A DNA stretch of 64,000 bases. It comes from Candidatus Ruminococcus intestinipullorum (GTDB taxonomy: Bacteria; Bacillota; Clostridia; Lachnospirales; Lachnospiraceae). Positions within the stretch are counted from its first letter, which is position 1, and each line of letters opens with the position of its first letter. The notes under the pieces are model-generated. The model was not told the origin of the DNA, ran no database searches, and was given only the letters and a program-made list of their open reading frames with translations. Location: the NCBI GenBank assembly GCA_018883985.1, contig JAHLFA010000084.1, forward strand, positions 39,701 through 103,700, written 5' to 3'. The translations under genes and the position numbers were made by a program. Positions 45,284-56,738 of this stretch are shown here, piece by piece.

Positions 45284-47743
45284 TTGAAGATGATAACAAA
45301 GAGAATTGAAAATAACTGGCGATTACGGCGTGTAGGAGAGCAAGAGTGGGTAGATGCAGTAGTTCCAGGAAGTGTGTATACAGATTTGTATCGTAACAAA
45401 AAAATAGAAGACCCTTATTTTAAGGATAATGAGTATGAAGTGAAAGCACTTATGGAAAATGACTATGAATATGAAACAGTTATTCAGGTAGAAGACGGGG
45501 AATTTTCAAAGTGTGATGAAGTATTTCTAAAATTTGAAGGGTTAGACACTCTTGCAGATATATATCTAAATGATACACATTTAGGAAATGCATATAACAT
45601 GCATAGAATTTGGACATATCAAATAACGAATGCTTTACAAATAGGTGAAAATACGCTGCGTGTAGTATTTCATTCTCCGTTGAAATTTATGGCAGAAGCC
45701 TTTGAAAAATATGGAAATATTGGAAATGATGACACAATAGAAGGCTTTATGCATTTAAGAAAGGCTCATTACATGAGTGGTTGGGATTGGGGAGCATGTC
45801 TTCCAGATGCTGGAATTTTCCGTCCTGTATGTATACAAGGAGTGGAAAAAGCTTCTTTAGACAGTGTATATATTCGTCAACGTCATGAAGAGGGCAGAGT
45901 ATATTTATCCCTTGAGCCAGAAGTAAAAGAAGTAGGTTCTCAATCCAATACATATAGTTATAAAGTGTGTATTACAAGTCCAGACGGCTTGGAAATAGTT
46001 AGTGAGGATATATCAGAAGCAATTTGCATAGAAAATCCACAACTTTGGTGGCCAAATGGAATTGGAGAACAGCCATTGTATGAAGTTTCGGTTTCATTGT
46101 ATGTGGATGGAATTAAGCTTGATACATGGAAGCGTAAAATTGGACTTCGTACCCTTACTATGAAGAGAGAAAAAGATGAGTGGGGAGAAAGTTTTGCTCA
46201 CGAAATCAATGGGAAAACAATTTTTGCCATGGGAGCGGATTATATTCCAGAAGAGCATTTGCTTGGTCGCACATCGAAAGAACGTACAAGAAAACTTTTA
46301 GAGGATTGTAAGTTGGCAAACTTTAACTCCATTCGTGTTTGGGGTGGTGGATATTATCCAGAAGACTGGTTCTTTGATTTGTGTGATGAACTAGGACTTC
46401 TTGTATGGGAAGATTTTATGTTTGCATGCTCTGTGTATGAATTGACACCAGAATTTGAGACAAACATTCGACAGGAATTTATTGATAATATTAAGAGAAT
46501 TCGCCATCATGCTTCTTTGGCACTTTGGTGTGGAAACAATGAGATGGAAATGTTTGTAGACCAAAAATGTTGGGTTACAAAACCAACAGAAGTACGAGAT
46601 TATCTTCTTATGTACGAACGAATTATTCCAGAAGTACTAAGAGAATATGACCCAGAAACTTTTTATTGGCCAGCAAGTCCATCCTCAGGAGGTTCTTTTG
46701 ATTTTCCAAATGACCCAAACAGAGGAGATACACATTATTGGGATGTATGGCATGGAAATAAACCATTTTCAGAGTACCGTAAATTTTATTTCCGTTATGC
46801 GTCAGAATTTGGCTTTCAGGCATTCCCTTCCATAAAAACGTTGGAAACCATTACAGATGATGCAACAGATTTAAATCCTTATTCTTATGTAATGGAAAAA
46901 CATCAAAGAAATTATGGCGGAAATGGTAAAATTTCTCATTATATGCAAGCAGCATATCGCTACCCAATGAATTTTTCAGATTATATTTATGCTTCACAAC
47001 TGTTACAGGCAGATGGAATTCGCTATGGAGTGGAGCATTATAGAAGAAATCGTGGAAGATGTATGGGAGCTGTTTATTGGCAATTAAATGATTGTTGGCC
47101 AGTAATTTCATGGTCATCTATTGATTACTATGGAAGATGGAAAGCATTACACTATTATGCAAAACGATTTTTTGCACCTGTCATGATTTCTTGTGAAGAA
47201 AAGAGTTGGATGACAGAAGCAGCAAATATGAATCGCCAACATTTTGTGTTTGAGAAATCAATTCGTCTAAATGTAACGAATGAAACATTAGAAGAGAAAA
47301 CAATTATTGTAAACTATGCGATTCGAAATGCAAAAGCAGAAATACAATCAGAGCATTCAAAAGAAATTCTTGTTCCAGCTCTTTCAAGTGTTTGGCTGGA
47401 TAAAGTACTGCTAGATGAATTGGATCCATTTACAGAATATGTAAGCTATGAGGCACAGGAGAATGGCAATACTATTTCTTCAGGTACTGTGATTTTCTCT
47501 TATCCTAAGTATTTCAAATATGAAGACCCACAACTTTCTTATACAATTGAGGGTGATGAAATTATCGTAACTGCAAAAGCATATGCGAAAAGCGTAGAAA
47601 TTTTAAATGAAGAAGAGAATCTTGTTTTAGAGGATAATTATTTTGATATGAATGCTGGTGAAAAGAGAGTGAAGATTCTTCGTGGTAATAGAGACGGAAT
47701 TAAGCTTCGCAGTGTTTATGAGCTTGGAAGAGAAGGCAAGTAA
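45284..47743 (+). CDS. GH2 beta-mannosidase
   Basis: 'RKAHYMSGWDWG', 'RVWGGGYY', 'WCGNNE', 'SEFGFQ', 'YWQLNDCWP'. Confidence 0.9.
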   Translation: MKMITKRIENNWRLRRVGEQEWVDAVVPGSVYTDLYRNKKIEDPYFKDNEYEVKALMENDYEYETVIQVEDGEFSKCDEVFLKFEGLDTLADIYLNDTHLGNAYNMHRIWTYQITNALQIGENTLRVVFHSPLKFMAEAFEKYGNIGNDDTIEGFMHLRKAHYMSGWDWGACLPDAGIFRPVCIQGVEKASLDSVYIRQRHEEGRVYLSLEPEVKEVGSQSNTYSYKVCITSPDGLEIVSEDISEAICIENPQLWWPNGIGEQPLYEVSVSLYVDGIKLDTWKRKIGLRTLTMKREKDEWGESFAHEINGKTIFAMGADYIPEEHLLGRTSKERTRKLLEDCKLANFNSIRVWGGGYYPEDWFFDLCDELGLLVWEDFMFACSVYELTPEFETNIRQEFIDNIKRIRHHASLALWCGNNEMEMFVDQKCWVTKPTEVRDYLLMYERIIPEVLREYDPETFYWPASPSSGGSFDFPNDPNRGDTHYWDVWHGNKPFSEYRKFYFRYASEFGFQAFPSIKTLETITDDATDLNPYSYVMEKHQRNYGGNGKISHYMQAAYRYPMNFSDYIYASQLLQADGIRYGVEHYRRNRGRCMGAVYWQLNDCWPVISWSSIDYYGRWKALHYYAKRFFAPVMISCEEKSWMTEAANMNRQHFVFEKSIRLNVTNETLEEKTIIVNYAIRNAKAEIQSEHSKEILVPALSSVWLDKVLLDELDPFTEYVSYEAQENGNTISSGTVIFSYPKYFKYEDPQLSYTIEGDEIIVTAKAYAKSVEILNEEENLVLEDNYFDMNAGEKRVKILRGNRDGIKLRSVYELGREGK

Positions 47744-47754
47744 GGAGGAGTGAA

Positions 47755-48780
47755 ATGAAACAGCTCTTAATAGGTTATGTTGGAATTAATGACCTTGATA
47801 AAGTAACAAAAAGAGATGCACAAGGCTTAGATGTGATAAATTTGGCATTTGCACACGTAAAAAATGGAGAAGTTGTATGTGAGTTAGAGCAATCCGTTTC
47901 ATGGATGAAACAAATAAAAGAGTGGAATCAAGAGTTAAAATTTGTACTTTCCATTGGCGGATGGGGAGCTGGAGGATTTTCTGAGGCTGCATGTAGTGAA
48001 GAGGGAAGAGATAGATTTGCTAAGACAGCAGTGGATATTTTAGAGAAATATCATTTGGATGGGTTAGATGTAGACTGGGAATACCCATGTATCTCAATTG
48101 CTGGAATCGGTGCATTACCAGAAGATAAGGAAAATTTCACACTTCTTCTTGCACGTTTACGTAAAGAGTTAGATCGTGTAACAGACAGACATTGTCTACT
48201 GACAATCGCAGGAGGTGGAGATCGATATTATACAAGATGTACACAGTTAGATCAGGCGGTTCAGTATTTAGATTATGTACAGTTAATGTCTTATGATTTG
48301 CGAGGTGGGTATACAATTACTACAGGACATCATACGAATCTATATGGAAATCAGGCAGATTATCATGAGTGTAGTACACAAGAGGGGGTAAAAGCTTATT
48401 TAGAAGCTGGAGTTCCTCGTGAAAAATTAGTAATAGGAGCTGCATTTTACTCAAGAATGTGGTCTAAAGTTCCAGATGTAAATCACGGCTGGATGCAAAT
48501 GGCAAAGACAACAGGTGGGTATGGACCTGATTTTACAGAGTTGAAGGAATCCTATATTAATAAAAATGGGTTTGTTCGTTACTGGGATGAAGAGGCAAAA
48601 GCACCATATCTATACAATGGTGATGTGTTTATTAGTTATGATGATGAAGAATCCATTGCTGAAAAAGTAAAATTTATGAAAGAACAAGGTCTTGCAGGGA
48701 TTATGTATTGGGAATATGGATGTGACCTTACACATACATTAATGGATACATTGATTCAAACTATGCAGAAAGAACAATAA
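47755..48780 (+). CDS. GH18 chitinase/endo-beta-N-acetylglucosaminidase, no signal peptide
   Basis: 'LSIGGW', 'DGLDVDWEYP', 'MSYD'. Confidence 0.9.
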   Translation: MKQLLIGYVGINDLDKVTKRDAQGLDVINLAFAHVKNGEVVCELEQSVSWMKQIKEWNQELKFVLSIGGWGAGGFSEAACSEEGRDRFAKTAVDILEKYHLDGLDVDWEYPCISIAGIGALPEDKENFTLLLARLRKELDRVTDRHCLLTIAGGGDRYYTRCTQLDQAVQYLDYVQLMSYDLRGGYTITTGHHTNLYGNQADYHECSTQEGVKAYLEAGVPREKLVIGAAFYSRMWSKVPDVNHGWMQMAKTTGGYGPDFTELKESYINKNGFVRYWDEEAKAPYLYNGDVFISYDDEESIAEKVKFMKEQGLAGIMYWEYGCDLTHTLMDTLIQTMQKEQ

Positions 48781-48789
48781 AAGAGGGAG

Positions 48790-50649
48790 GTGTTTGAAGT
48801 GGAAATATTAAAATTGAAACCTACAGGTAAAGACTATATTTGGGGTGGACATCGTTTAGTAGAAGAGTATGGAAAGGTATGTGAGGGGGAACGTCTCGCA
48901 GAAACGTGGGAATTATCTTGTCATCCAGATGGACCATCTATGATTGAAAATGGAAAGTGGAGTGGTAAAACGCTACAAGAATATATTCAAGTCGAAGGAA
49001 AACAAGTATTAGGAAACAATTGCCGTAGATTTTTGGATTTTCCAGTTTTGATTAAATTTATTGATGCAAAGGATAATCTTTCCATTCAAGTTCATCCAGA
49101 TAATAACTATGCACTTACTCATGAGGGACAGTATGGAAAAACAGAAATGTGGTACGTTGTTGATGCAGCAGAGGATGCATTTTTGTACTACGGCTTTGAA
49201 TCTGAAATTTCAAAAGAGGAATTCCAAAGAAGAATTGAGGAAGATACATTGTTAGAAGTATTGCATGCAGTTCCTGTGAAGAAAGGGGATATGTTTTTTA
49301 TCGAAGCTGGAACTATTCATGCAATAGGAAAAAATATTTTAATTGCAGAAATTCAGCAAAACTCCAATGTTACATATAGAGTGTATGACTATGGACGTGT
49401 TGGTGCAGATGGAAAAAAACGTGAACTTCATATCCAGCAGGCAGTAGAAGTTACAAATCGGGTTCCTGTTAGAGAAGATGGAAGTATGTATCCTCATTTA
49501 GCAAGTTGTGACTATTTTACAGTGGATAAGTTACATTTAGATGGAAATGTTTTTAGAAAAGCAGAGGGGATTGTAACAGAAGATTCTTTCCTTAGCATTT
49601 TAGTTCTTGAGGGAGAAGGAACAATTCAAAATGCATATAATAGCATTTCTTATAAAAAGGGAGATAGTTTGTTCTTACCAGCAGGAAGTGGAGAATATCA
49701 AATTTCTGGGACATGTGAGGCTTTGGTTACAACAATTGGTCAAAAATCAGGAATGGTTCGTATAGGAATCGATATTGGAGGAACTACTGCAAAAATTGGA
49801 ATTGTTGATTCAAGTAATGCAATTCTTGCAACAACAGAGGTGAAAACAGGAATAGAAGCTGCCGAATCTGTAATTAAGAGCATTGCAAAAGCAACCTTAT
49901 CATTAATGGAAGAAAATGGGATTCGAATAGAGGATTGTGAAGGGGTTGGAATTGGTGTTCCTGGATTGGTAGATAGAAAGGGTGGACGAGTAATTTATTC
50001 CAATAATTTAAGATGGGAAAATGTTTCTCTTGTTCAAGAGCTTTCTAAATATTTACCACTTGCTATTGAAATTGCTAATGATGCAGACTGTGCCGTTTTA
50101 GGAGAAGCAGTAGCTGGTGCAGGAGAAGGGGTTTCTAACATGGTGATGCTTACTTTAGGTACTGGTGTAGGTGGAGGAGTCATTTTTGATGGCAAACTTT
50201 TTGAAGGCAGTATTTTAGGTGGAGTAGAACTAGGGCATCTTGTAATTAAAGATCAAGGAGAGCTTTGTACTTGTGGAAGAAAAGGATGTCTAGAAGCATA
50301 TGCGTCTGCAACAGCCATGCGCAGGGAGTCTAAGAAGCTCTATGGTACAGCAATGGAACCGTTGGAAATTTTCCAAAGAGCTCAAAATGGAGAAGAACAG
50401 GCGAAACAAATTGTAGCAAATTATATTGAAGATTTAGGAACTGGAATTGTAAATATTGTAAACCTGCTTCGTCCACAAAGAGTCATTCTAGGTGGTGGTA
50501 TTGCAGCACAAGGAGAGGTGTTATTACAACCAATTCGAGAGCGACTTTACACAGAATGCTTTGGTGGTAAATATTCCGAACTTCCTGAGCTTGTTATTGC
50601 GAAAATGGGAAATAAAGCTGGAACCATTGGTGCAGCTAATTTAGTTTAA
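48790..50649 (+). CDS. Fusion of mannose-6-phosphate isomerase (cupin) and ROK-family sugar kinase
   Basis: N-terminal 'LSIQVHPD', 'GKTEMWY', 'GTIHA'; C-terminal 'IGIDIGGT', 'ANDADCA', 'TLGTGVGGG', 'ELGH...CTCGRKGCLE'. Confidence 0.9.
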   Translation: MFEVEILKLKPTGKDYIWGGHRLVEEYGKVCEGERLAETWELSCHPDGPSMIENGKWSGKTLQEYIQVEGKQVLGNNCRRFLDFPVLIKFIDAKDNLSIQVHPDNNYALTHEGQYGKTEMWYVVDAAEDAFLYYGFESEISKEEFQRRIEEDTLLEVLHAVPVKKGDMFFIEAGTIHAIGKNILIAEIQQNSNVTYRVYDYGRVGADGKKRELHIQQAVEVTNRVPVREDGSMYPHLASCDYFTVDKLHLDGNVFRKAEGIVTEDSFLSILVLEGEGTIQNAYNSISYKKGDSLFLPAGSGEYQISGTCEALVTTIGQKSGMVRIGIDIGGTTAKIGIVDSSNAILATTEVKTGIEAAESVIKSIAKATLSLMEENGIRIEDCEGVGIGVPGLVDRKGGRVIYSNNLRWENVSLVQELSKYLPLAIEIANDADCAVLGEAVAGAGEGVSNMVMLTLGTGVGGGVIFDGKLFEGSILGGVELGHLVIKDQGELCTCGRKGCLEAYASATAMRRESKKLYGTAMEPLEIFQRAQNGEEQAKQIVANYIEDLGTGIVNIVNLLRPQRVILGGGIAAQGEVLLQPIRERLYTECFGGKYSELPELVIAKMGNKAGTIGAANLV

Positions 50650-50735
50650 AGAATATACAAAAATGATTCCAATCTTAGCCAGACTGTGAGATAATAAGAA
50701 AAGCAAGACGGCAAAAGAGATGGAGGAATTCAAGT

Positions 50736-51413
50736 ATGGGATTTCAGATATACAATTGGCTGGAACGTTATGTGCAAGAAGTTGTATCTACTTTTGGGCA
50801 TCGAATTTGGTTTATCGGAATACAAGGAAGTTATGCACGTGGAGAAGAGTCTGAGGACAGTGATATCGACATTGTATTAATTTTAGATCAAATGCAGCTT
50901 TCGGATTTAAGAAGATATCGAAGTATGTTAAATCGTCTTCCAAATCGGGAAAAAGTCTGTGGATTTGTTTCTGGAAAGAAGGAACTGGAAAATTGGTCTA
51001 AGCAAGAGTTGTTTCAATTTTGCCAAGATACGATGCCTATCAAAGGAAGTTTAGAAGAGATTGTGGCAAAGCTGGAGATTCAGGATGTAAAGCGAGCTGT
51101 ACATACAGAAGCATGCAGAATTTATCATACAGTATGTCATAATCTTATACATGAACAACAAAAGCAAATATTAATAGATATGTATAAATGTGCTGTATTT
51201 GTGCTGCAAGCAGAATATTTTTTAAGATCAGGAACATATTTGCGACGAAAATCAGAACTTTTTCCTAAGCTAAGTGGTATTGATAGAGAAATTTTATATA
51301 TCGCAACGGAAATGAAAAAGAAGAGCGGAAAGATAAGCGAAAGTCTAGATGAGTTATCGGAAAAGCTAATCGTATGGGCATCGGATTTAATTACGAAGTA
51401 TCAAGATATATAA
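50736..51413 (+). CDS. Nucleotidyltransferase-domain protein
   Basis: 'GSYARGE...SDIDI' pol-beta motif plus a helical C-terminus. Confidence 0.8.
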   Translation: MGFQIYNWLERYVQEVVSTFGHRIWFIGIQGSYARGEESEDSDIDIVLILDQMQLSDLRRYRSMLNRLPNREKVCGFVSGKKELENWSKQELFQFCQDTMPIKGSLEEIVAKLEIQDVKRAVHTEACRIYHTVCHNLIHEQQKQILIDMYKCAVFVLQAEYFLRSGTYLRRKSELFPKLSGIDREILYIATEMKKKSGKISESLDELSEKLIVWASDLITKYQDI

Positions 51414-51559
51414 AATGAAAGATTTAATTTCATAATTTCAAAAAATATCTAAAATAAAAATAAAAGACTGGAAATAAAAAAATATTTGCAAGAAATTATT
51501 GACGAAACATCAAAAACTCTTTAAAATAACAAGTAATAAAAATTTATTGGAGGAGTTTG

Positions 51560-52849
51560 ATGATGGCGGCTTATCAGGACTTGAGTAGAGAGGAATTATT
51601 GGAATTAAAGGATGGACTTACTGCAAAATATGAGGAAGTTAAGGCAAGAGGATTGAAACTAGATATGTCTAGAGGAAAGCCTTCGACAGCACAGTTGAAT
51701 CTTTCAATGGAAATGATGGATATTTTGAATAGTGGAGTCAATTTGGTTTGTGAAGATGGAGTTGATTGTAGAAATTATGGTGGCTTGGACGGAATTTCAG
51801 AGGCAAAACAACTTCTAGCAGACATGATGGAAGTTCCAAGAGATAATGTGATTGTATTTGGGAATTCTAGCTTGAATGTAATGTATGATACTGTTGCACG
51901 TGCAGTAACACATGGTGTAATGGGAGAAACTCCATGGTGCAAGCTCGATAAGGTGAAATTCTTATGTCCAGTTCCAGGATACGATCGTCACTTTGCAATT
52001 ACAGAACATTTTGGAATTGAGATGATTCCAGTTCCTATGACTATGGATGGTCCAGATATGGATTTAGTTGAAAAATTAGTTCGTGAAGATGAGTCAATTA
52101 AAGGAATTTGGTGTGTTCCAAAATATTCCAACCCACAAGGGATTACTTACTCAGATGAGACCGTATATCGCTTTGCAAACTTAAAGCCAGCAGCAAAGGA
52201 TTTTAGAATTTTCTGGGATAATGCGTATTGTGTTCATCATTTATATGAAGACAGACAAGATTATTTAATCGAGATTTTATCAGAGTGTAAAAAAGCGGGA
52301 AATCCAGATATGGTTTACAAGTTTTCTTCGACATCTAAGATTAGTTTCCCAGGTTCAGGAATCGCAGCGATTGCAGCATCAGAATCTAATTTAAAAGATA
52401 TTAGAAGTATGATGCAGATTCAGACAATTGGACATGATAAGGTGAATCAGTTACGTCACGTCAGATTTTTTAAAGATGTACACGGTATTGTAGAACATAT
52501 GAAGAAGCATGCCGATATTATGAGACCGAAGTTTGAAACAGTACTTAGAGTATTGGAAGAGGAGCTTGGAGGATTGGGAATTGGATCTTGGATTTCTCCA
52601 AACGGAGGATATTTTATTTCTTTTGATTCCATGGAGGGTTGTGCAAAAGCAATTGTTGCAAAGGCAAAGGAAGCAGGGCTTGTTATGACTGGTGCTGGGG
52701 CAACATATCCATATGGAAAAGATCCAAAAGATAGTAATATTCGAATTGCACCAACTTATCCAACTCCAGAAGAATTAGAAGTTGCAGCAGAAATTTTTGT
52801 ATTAAGTGTTAAATTAGTAAGTATTGAAAAATTGTTAGGTAATTTATAA
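51560..52849 (+). CDS. PLP-dependent aminotransferase class I/II
   Basis: 'LDMSRGKP', 'PGYDRHF', 'WDNAY', 'STSKISF'. Confidence 0.88.
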   Translation: MMAAYQDLSREELLELKDGLTAKYEEVKARGLKLDMSRGKPSTAQLNLSMEMMDILNSGVNLVCEDGVDCRNYGGLDGISEAKQLLADMMEVPRDNVIVFGNSSLNVMYDTVARAVTHGVMGETPWCKLDKVKFLCPVPGYDRHFAITEHFGIEMIPVPMTMDGPDMDLVEKLVREDESIKGIWCVPKYSNPQGITYSDETVYRFANLKPAAKDFRIFWDNAYCVHHLYEDRQDYLIEILSECKKAGNPDMVYKFSSTSKISFPGSGIAAIAASESNLKDIRSMMQIQTIGHDKVNQLRHVRFFKDVHGIVEHMKKHADIMRPKFETVLRVLEEELGGLGIGSWISPNGGYFISFDSMEGCAKAIVAKAKEAGLVMTGAGATYPYGKDPKDSNIRIAPTYPTPEELEVAAEIFVLSVKLVSIEKLLGNL

Positions 52850-52910
52850 AAAAATCCCCGTAAGATACTGTGATTTTAGTATTTCACAGATTCTTACGGG
52901 GAAATTTTTT
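52849..52910. terminator. Bidirectional terminator
   Basis: TCCCCGTAAGA...CTGTGA / TCACAG...TCTTACGGGGA flanked by A and T runs. Confidence 0.75.
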
Positions 52911-53919
52911 ACCAAAGTCCCAGGAAAGCTTGCATTCCAAGGCTAACACATGCGATACCAACCCAGCAGCAAAATCCTGTAAAAATTGGTTTTGCTCCAG
53001 TTTTTACTAATTTGACAATATTGGTATTTAAACCAATTGCTGACATTGCCATAATGATTAAAAATTTACTAAGTTCTTTCAAAGGTGCTGTAATAGAAGA
53101 AGGCAGCTGAAAGACTGTTGTAATGACAGATGCAAGAACGAAAAATAAAACAAAAAAAGGAAAAGATTGCTTTAAGCTAAAGGAAGAGCCTTCTGTATGT
53201 TTTTCTTTTCGTCCACGGTACAGGGCTAAAAATAGTGTAATTGGGATAATTGCCAGTGTTCGTGTCATTTTTACAATAGTAGCTGCATCTAGTGTATTAC
53301 TATTATGAATTCCATCCCATGCAGTCGCAGCAGCAGTTACAGAAGATGTATCGTTAATGGCAGTTCCTGCAAAAAGCCCAAATCCTTCATTAGATAGATG
53401 AAGAATACTGCCTAATGTAGGAAAAATTAAAGCGGCAATTACATTGAATAAAAAAATTACAGAAATTGATTGTGCTACATCTTCATCAGATGCTTGAATA
53501 ACAGGTGCCGTTGCAGCAATTGCAGACCCTCCACAAATAGAAGAACCTACGCCAACTAAGATGGCATGATTGGTTTCTAATTTTAGTACCTTATACAAAA
53601 TAAATGAAATCACTAATGAGGTAGCGATTGTAGAGATAATAATAGGGAGTGATTGCTGCCCCTTAGAGAGAATCTCTGTTAAATTCATTCCAAATCCTAA
53701 AAAGATAACAGCAGCTTGTAAAATCTTTTTCGATGTGTACTTAATACCTGCTTCACAAATACCTTTATCTGTAAAAAATAAAGTTAAAATCATACCAATT
53801 AAAATTGCGAAAACAGGTCCCCCAACAACTGGAAACATTTTTCCAAGTAACCAAGACGGTACTGCAATGACCAGACATAATAAAAGTCCAGCTCCTTTTT
53901 CCTTAAAAAAAGTAATCAT
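52909..53919 (-). CDS. YeiH/UPF0324 family membrane protein
   Basis: '[12 protein letters not shown]', '[10 protein letters not shown]', 'KMTR'. Confidence 0.88.
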   Translation of the reverse strand: MITFFKEKGAGLLLCLVIAVPSWLLGKMFPVVGGPVFAILIGMILTLFFTDKGICEAGIKYTSKKILQAAVIFLGFGMNLTEILSKGQQSLPIIISTIATSLVISFILYKVLKLETNHAILVGVGSSICGGSAIAATAPVIQASDEDVAQSISVIFLFNVIAALIFPTLGSILHLSNEGFGLFAGTAINDTSSVTAAATAWDGIHNSNTLDAATIVKMTRTLAIIPITLFLALYRGRKEKHTEGSSFSLKQSFPFFVLFFVLASVITTVFQLPSSITAPLKELSKFLIIMAMSAIGLNTNIVKLVKTGAKPIFTGFCCWVGIACVSLGMQAFLGLW

Positions 53920-54100
53920 AGATTAATCCTCCATTCCACCATATATAATACGTACTATTTTTTATCATAACACATTTTTATGAGAAAGGGAAAGGAAAAA
54001 AGAAAATTGGATTCTTATAAAAAATATATTGTATATTTATTCAGCATTCGATAAAATAAAATGGCTTTATATACTAGTAAGATAAGAAAGAGGTTTATTT

Positions 54101-55624
54101 ATGGATAGTTCTATGTTTATAGGTACGTGGTGGGCTTTGGTGCCGCCGTTATTGGCCATTGTGCTTGCATTTATTACGAAGGAGGTGTATAGTTCTCTTT
54201 TTACAGGAATTTTAGTAGGAGCATTTTTATATACTGGTTTTTCTCCATGGGATTCCTTTGTATCTTTCTATGAAATTTTAAGGGAAAGTATGAATTTAAA
54301 TATTTTAATTTTTGATGTATTATTGGGAATGATTATTGTACTTATGGCAAAATCAGGAGGTTCTTCAGCGTACGGAGAGTGGGCTGGAAGTAAAATAAAA
54401 TCAAAGAGAAGTTCTCTGCTTGCAACAACAGGTTTGGGAATGTTAATTTTTGTAGATGATTATTTTAATTGTTTGACAGTAGGCTCTGTTATGCGTCCTA
54501 TTACAGATAGGCATCAAGTTTCAAGAGCAAAATTGGCATATATTATAGATGCTACGGCAGCTCCAGTATGTATTATTGCACCAATTTCTAGTTGGGCAGC
54601 AGCAGTGAATTCTTATGTACCAAGCGATTTTGAAATCACAGGATTTCAGATATTCTTGCGTACGATACCGTACAATTTATATGCAATATTAACATTGGTG
54701 ATGGTATTTTATATTATTATTACAGGGTTTGATTTTGGACTTATGAAAAAGCACGAAATCAATGCAGCAAATGGCGATTTGTTTACAAGTGGTGCAGAAG
54801 AATTTGAATCGGTACAAGAACAGAGTGGTTCTAAAAAGGGTCAGGTAAAAGATTTGATATTGCCAGTGCTTGTGTTAATCGGTTCTGCCATGGGAGCAAT
54901 GATTTATACAGGTTATTTAGGCGGGGCGACGGATATTATTACTGCATTTTCAGGATGTGATGCTGAAACAAGTTTGATTTTTTCAACTTCGATTACTATT
55001 GCGTTTATGCTGTTATTGTATTTACCAAGAAGAGTCATTACATTTAAGGAGTTTATGGAAAGTTTTATAGAGGGATTTAAGATGATGATTCCTGCAATTG
55101 CTATTTTAATTTTTGCATGGACCTTAAAGGGAATGGGAGATGCACTTGAGATAGGAACATTTGTAGGAAATCTTGTTGGAAGCAATGCAACAGCAAGTGT
55201 TATGATTCCTACAATTATGTTTGTGATTGCAATTTTCTTGGCATTTTCGACAGGTACTTCCTGGGGAACCTTTGCAATATTGATTCCAATTGTAGTATCT
55301 ATGTATCAAGGAGCAGATCAACTGGAAATGATGATTATTTCCGTTGCAGCTGTATTGGCTGGCGCTGTTTGTGGGGATCACATTTCTCCAATTTCAGATA
55401 CAACAGTGATGTCATCAGCAGGAGCACAAAGTAATCATATCAATCATGTTTCTACACAGATGCAGTATGCAGTTATTGTTGCAGTTATTTGTATTTTTGG
55501 ATATATTGTCGCTGGAATTGTAAAAATCTGGTGGGTCGCACTTGGGGTTAGTACATTAATGTTATTGATTGTTTTAACGGTTATGAAAAAGAAAGGGGAA
55601 TACAATGAAAGTAATAAAGAATAA
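54101..55624 (+). CDS. NhaC-family antiporter/amino acid transporter
   Basis: 'IFVDDYFN', 'STGTSWGT', 'GDHISPISDTT'. Confidence 0.88.
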   Translation: MDSSMFIGTWWALVPPLLAIVLAFITKEVYSSLFTGILVGAFLYTGFSPWDSFVSFYEILRESMNLNILIFDVLLGMIIVLMAKSGGSSAYGEWAGSKIKSKRSSLLATTGLGMLIFVDDYFNCLTVGSVMRPITDRHQVSRAKLAYIIDATAAPVCIIAPISSWAAAVNSYVPSDFEITGFQIFLRTIPYNLYAILTLVMVFYIIITGFDFGLMKKHEINAANGDLFTSGAEEFESVQEQSGSKKGQVKDLILPVLVLIGSAMGAMIYTGYLGGATDIITAFSGCDAETSLIFSTSITIAFMLLLYLPRRVITFKEFMESFIEGFKMMIPAIAILIFAWTLKGMGDALEIGTFVGNLVGSNATASVMIPTIMFVIAIFLAFSTGTSWGTFAILIPIVVSMYQGADQLEMMIISVAAVLAGAVCGDHISPISDTTVMSSAGAQSNHINHVSTQMQYAVIVAVICIFGYIVAGIVKIWWVALGVSTLMLLIVLTVMKKKGEYNESNKE

Positions 55625-56735
55625 AGAAATCTATACGGGAAATGGTAAAATAGAGCAAGGATACATTCGTTTTTCAAAACAAATTGCAGAGGTTGGAACT
55701 ATGAATGATTTCATCCCAAGAGAAGATGATGAAGAAGTAAATGTAGATGCCAAGTATGTGGTTCCAGGCTTTATAGATGTACACAGTCATGGGGGCTATG
55801 GGATGGATAGTATGGATGCATCTCCAGAGGAGATTGATTGGATGGTGCGTCAGATGACAGCCAAGGAAGGAATTACGTCTTATTTCTGCACTACCATGAC
55901 GCAAACATATGAAAATATTGAAAAGGCTATGAAAAATATTCGAAAGGCATCTGAAATGAATCCTGTTATTCAAGGAATCCATTTGGAGGGACCATTTATT
56001 TCTCAAAAGTTTAAAGGGGCACAGGATCCTGCTTATATACGCAAGCCTGATGAAGAAATATTATCACATTGGAATGAATTAAGTGGAGGTTTGATTCGCC
56101 TTGTTACTTATGCACCTGAGGAAGCAGAAGAGGATTTTGAAAGCTGGTGTCTTTCAAATGGAATGATACCAAGTGTAGGACATTCTAACGCAACCTATCC
56201 ACAATTGTGTGCGTGCAGAGCTTGTCATGTAACACATTTGTACAATGCACAAAGAGGACTAAATCATAGAGATCCTGGTGTAACGGGATATGGATTATTG
56301 ACAGATGGTGTGATGGCAGAGTTGATTTGTGATGGAATTCATATTAGTCCTAAAATGGTTTATATGGCACACAAGGTAAAGGGAAGCGATGGAATCGAAT
56401 TGGTTACGGATTCTATGCGTGCGAAAGGAATGCCAGAAGGAAAGAGTGAATTAGGTGGACAGGTTGTGTATGTAAAGGATGGAACAGCACGATTAGAAGA
56501 TGGAACAATTGCAGGAAGTGTATTGACTTATATAAAAGCATTCCAAAATATTATGAAATTTACGGGTGTTGGTCTAGCAGATGCAGTGCAAATGACTTCA
56601 GGAAATCAAGCAAGAGAGTTTGGATTATCACAAAAAGGTGCCATTCAAGTTGGGAAAGATGCAGATTTTGTATTGTTAGATGCACAATATGAACTTAAGG
56701 GAACTATAAGTATGGGAGAATTAATCGGGAGGTAA
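55605..56735 (+). CDS. nagA: N-acetylglucosamine-6-phosphate deacetylase
   Basis: 'PGFIDVHSHG', 'HLEGPF', 'THLYNA', 'VTDSM', 'IAGS'. Confidence 0.93.
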   Translation: MKVIKNKEIYTGNGKIEQGYIRFSKQIAEVGTMNDFIPREDDEEVNVDAKYVVPGFIDVHSHGGYGMDSMDASPEEIDWMVRQMTAKEGITSYFCTTMTQTYENIEKAMKNIRKASEMNPVIQGIHLEGPFISQKFKGAQDPAYIRKPDEEILSHWNELSGGLIRLVTYAPEEAEEDFESWCLSNGMIPSVGHSNATYPQLCACRACHVTHLYNAQRGLNHRDPGVTGYGLLTDGVMAELICDGIHISPKMVYMAHKVKGSDGIELVTDSMRAKGMPEGKSELGGQVVYVKDGTARLEDGTIAGSVLTYIKAFQNIMKFTGVGLADAVQMTSGNQAREFGLSQKGAIQVGKDADFVLLDAQYELKGTISMGELIGR

Positions 56736-56738
56736 ATT

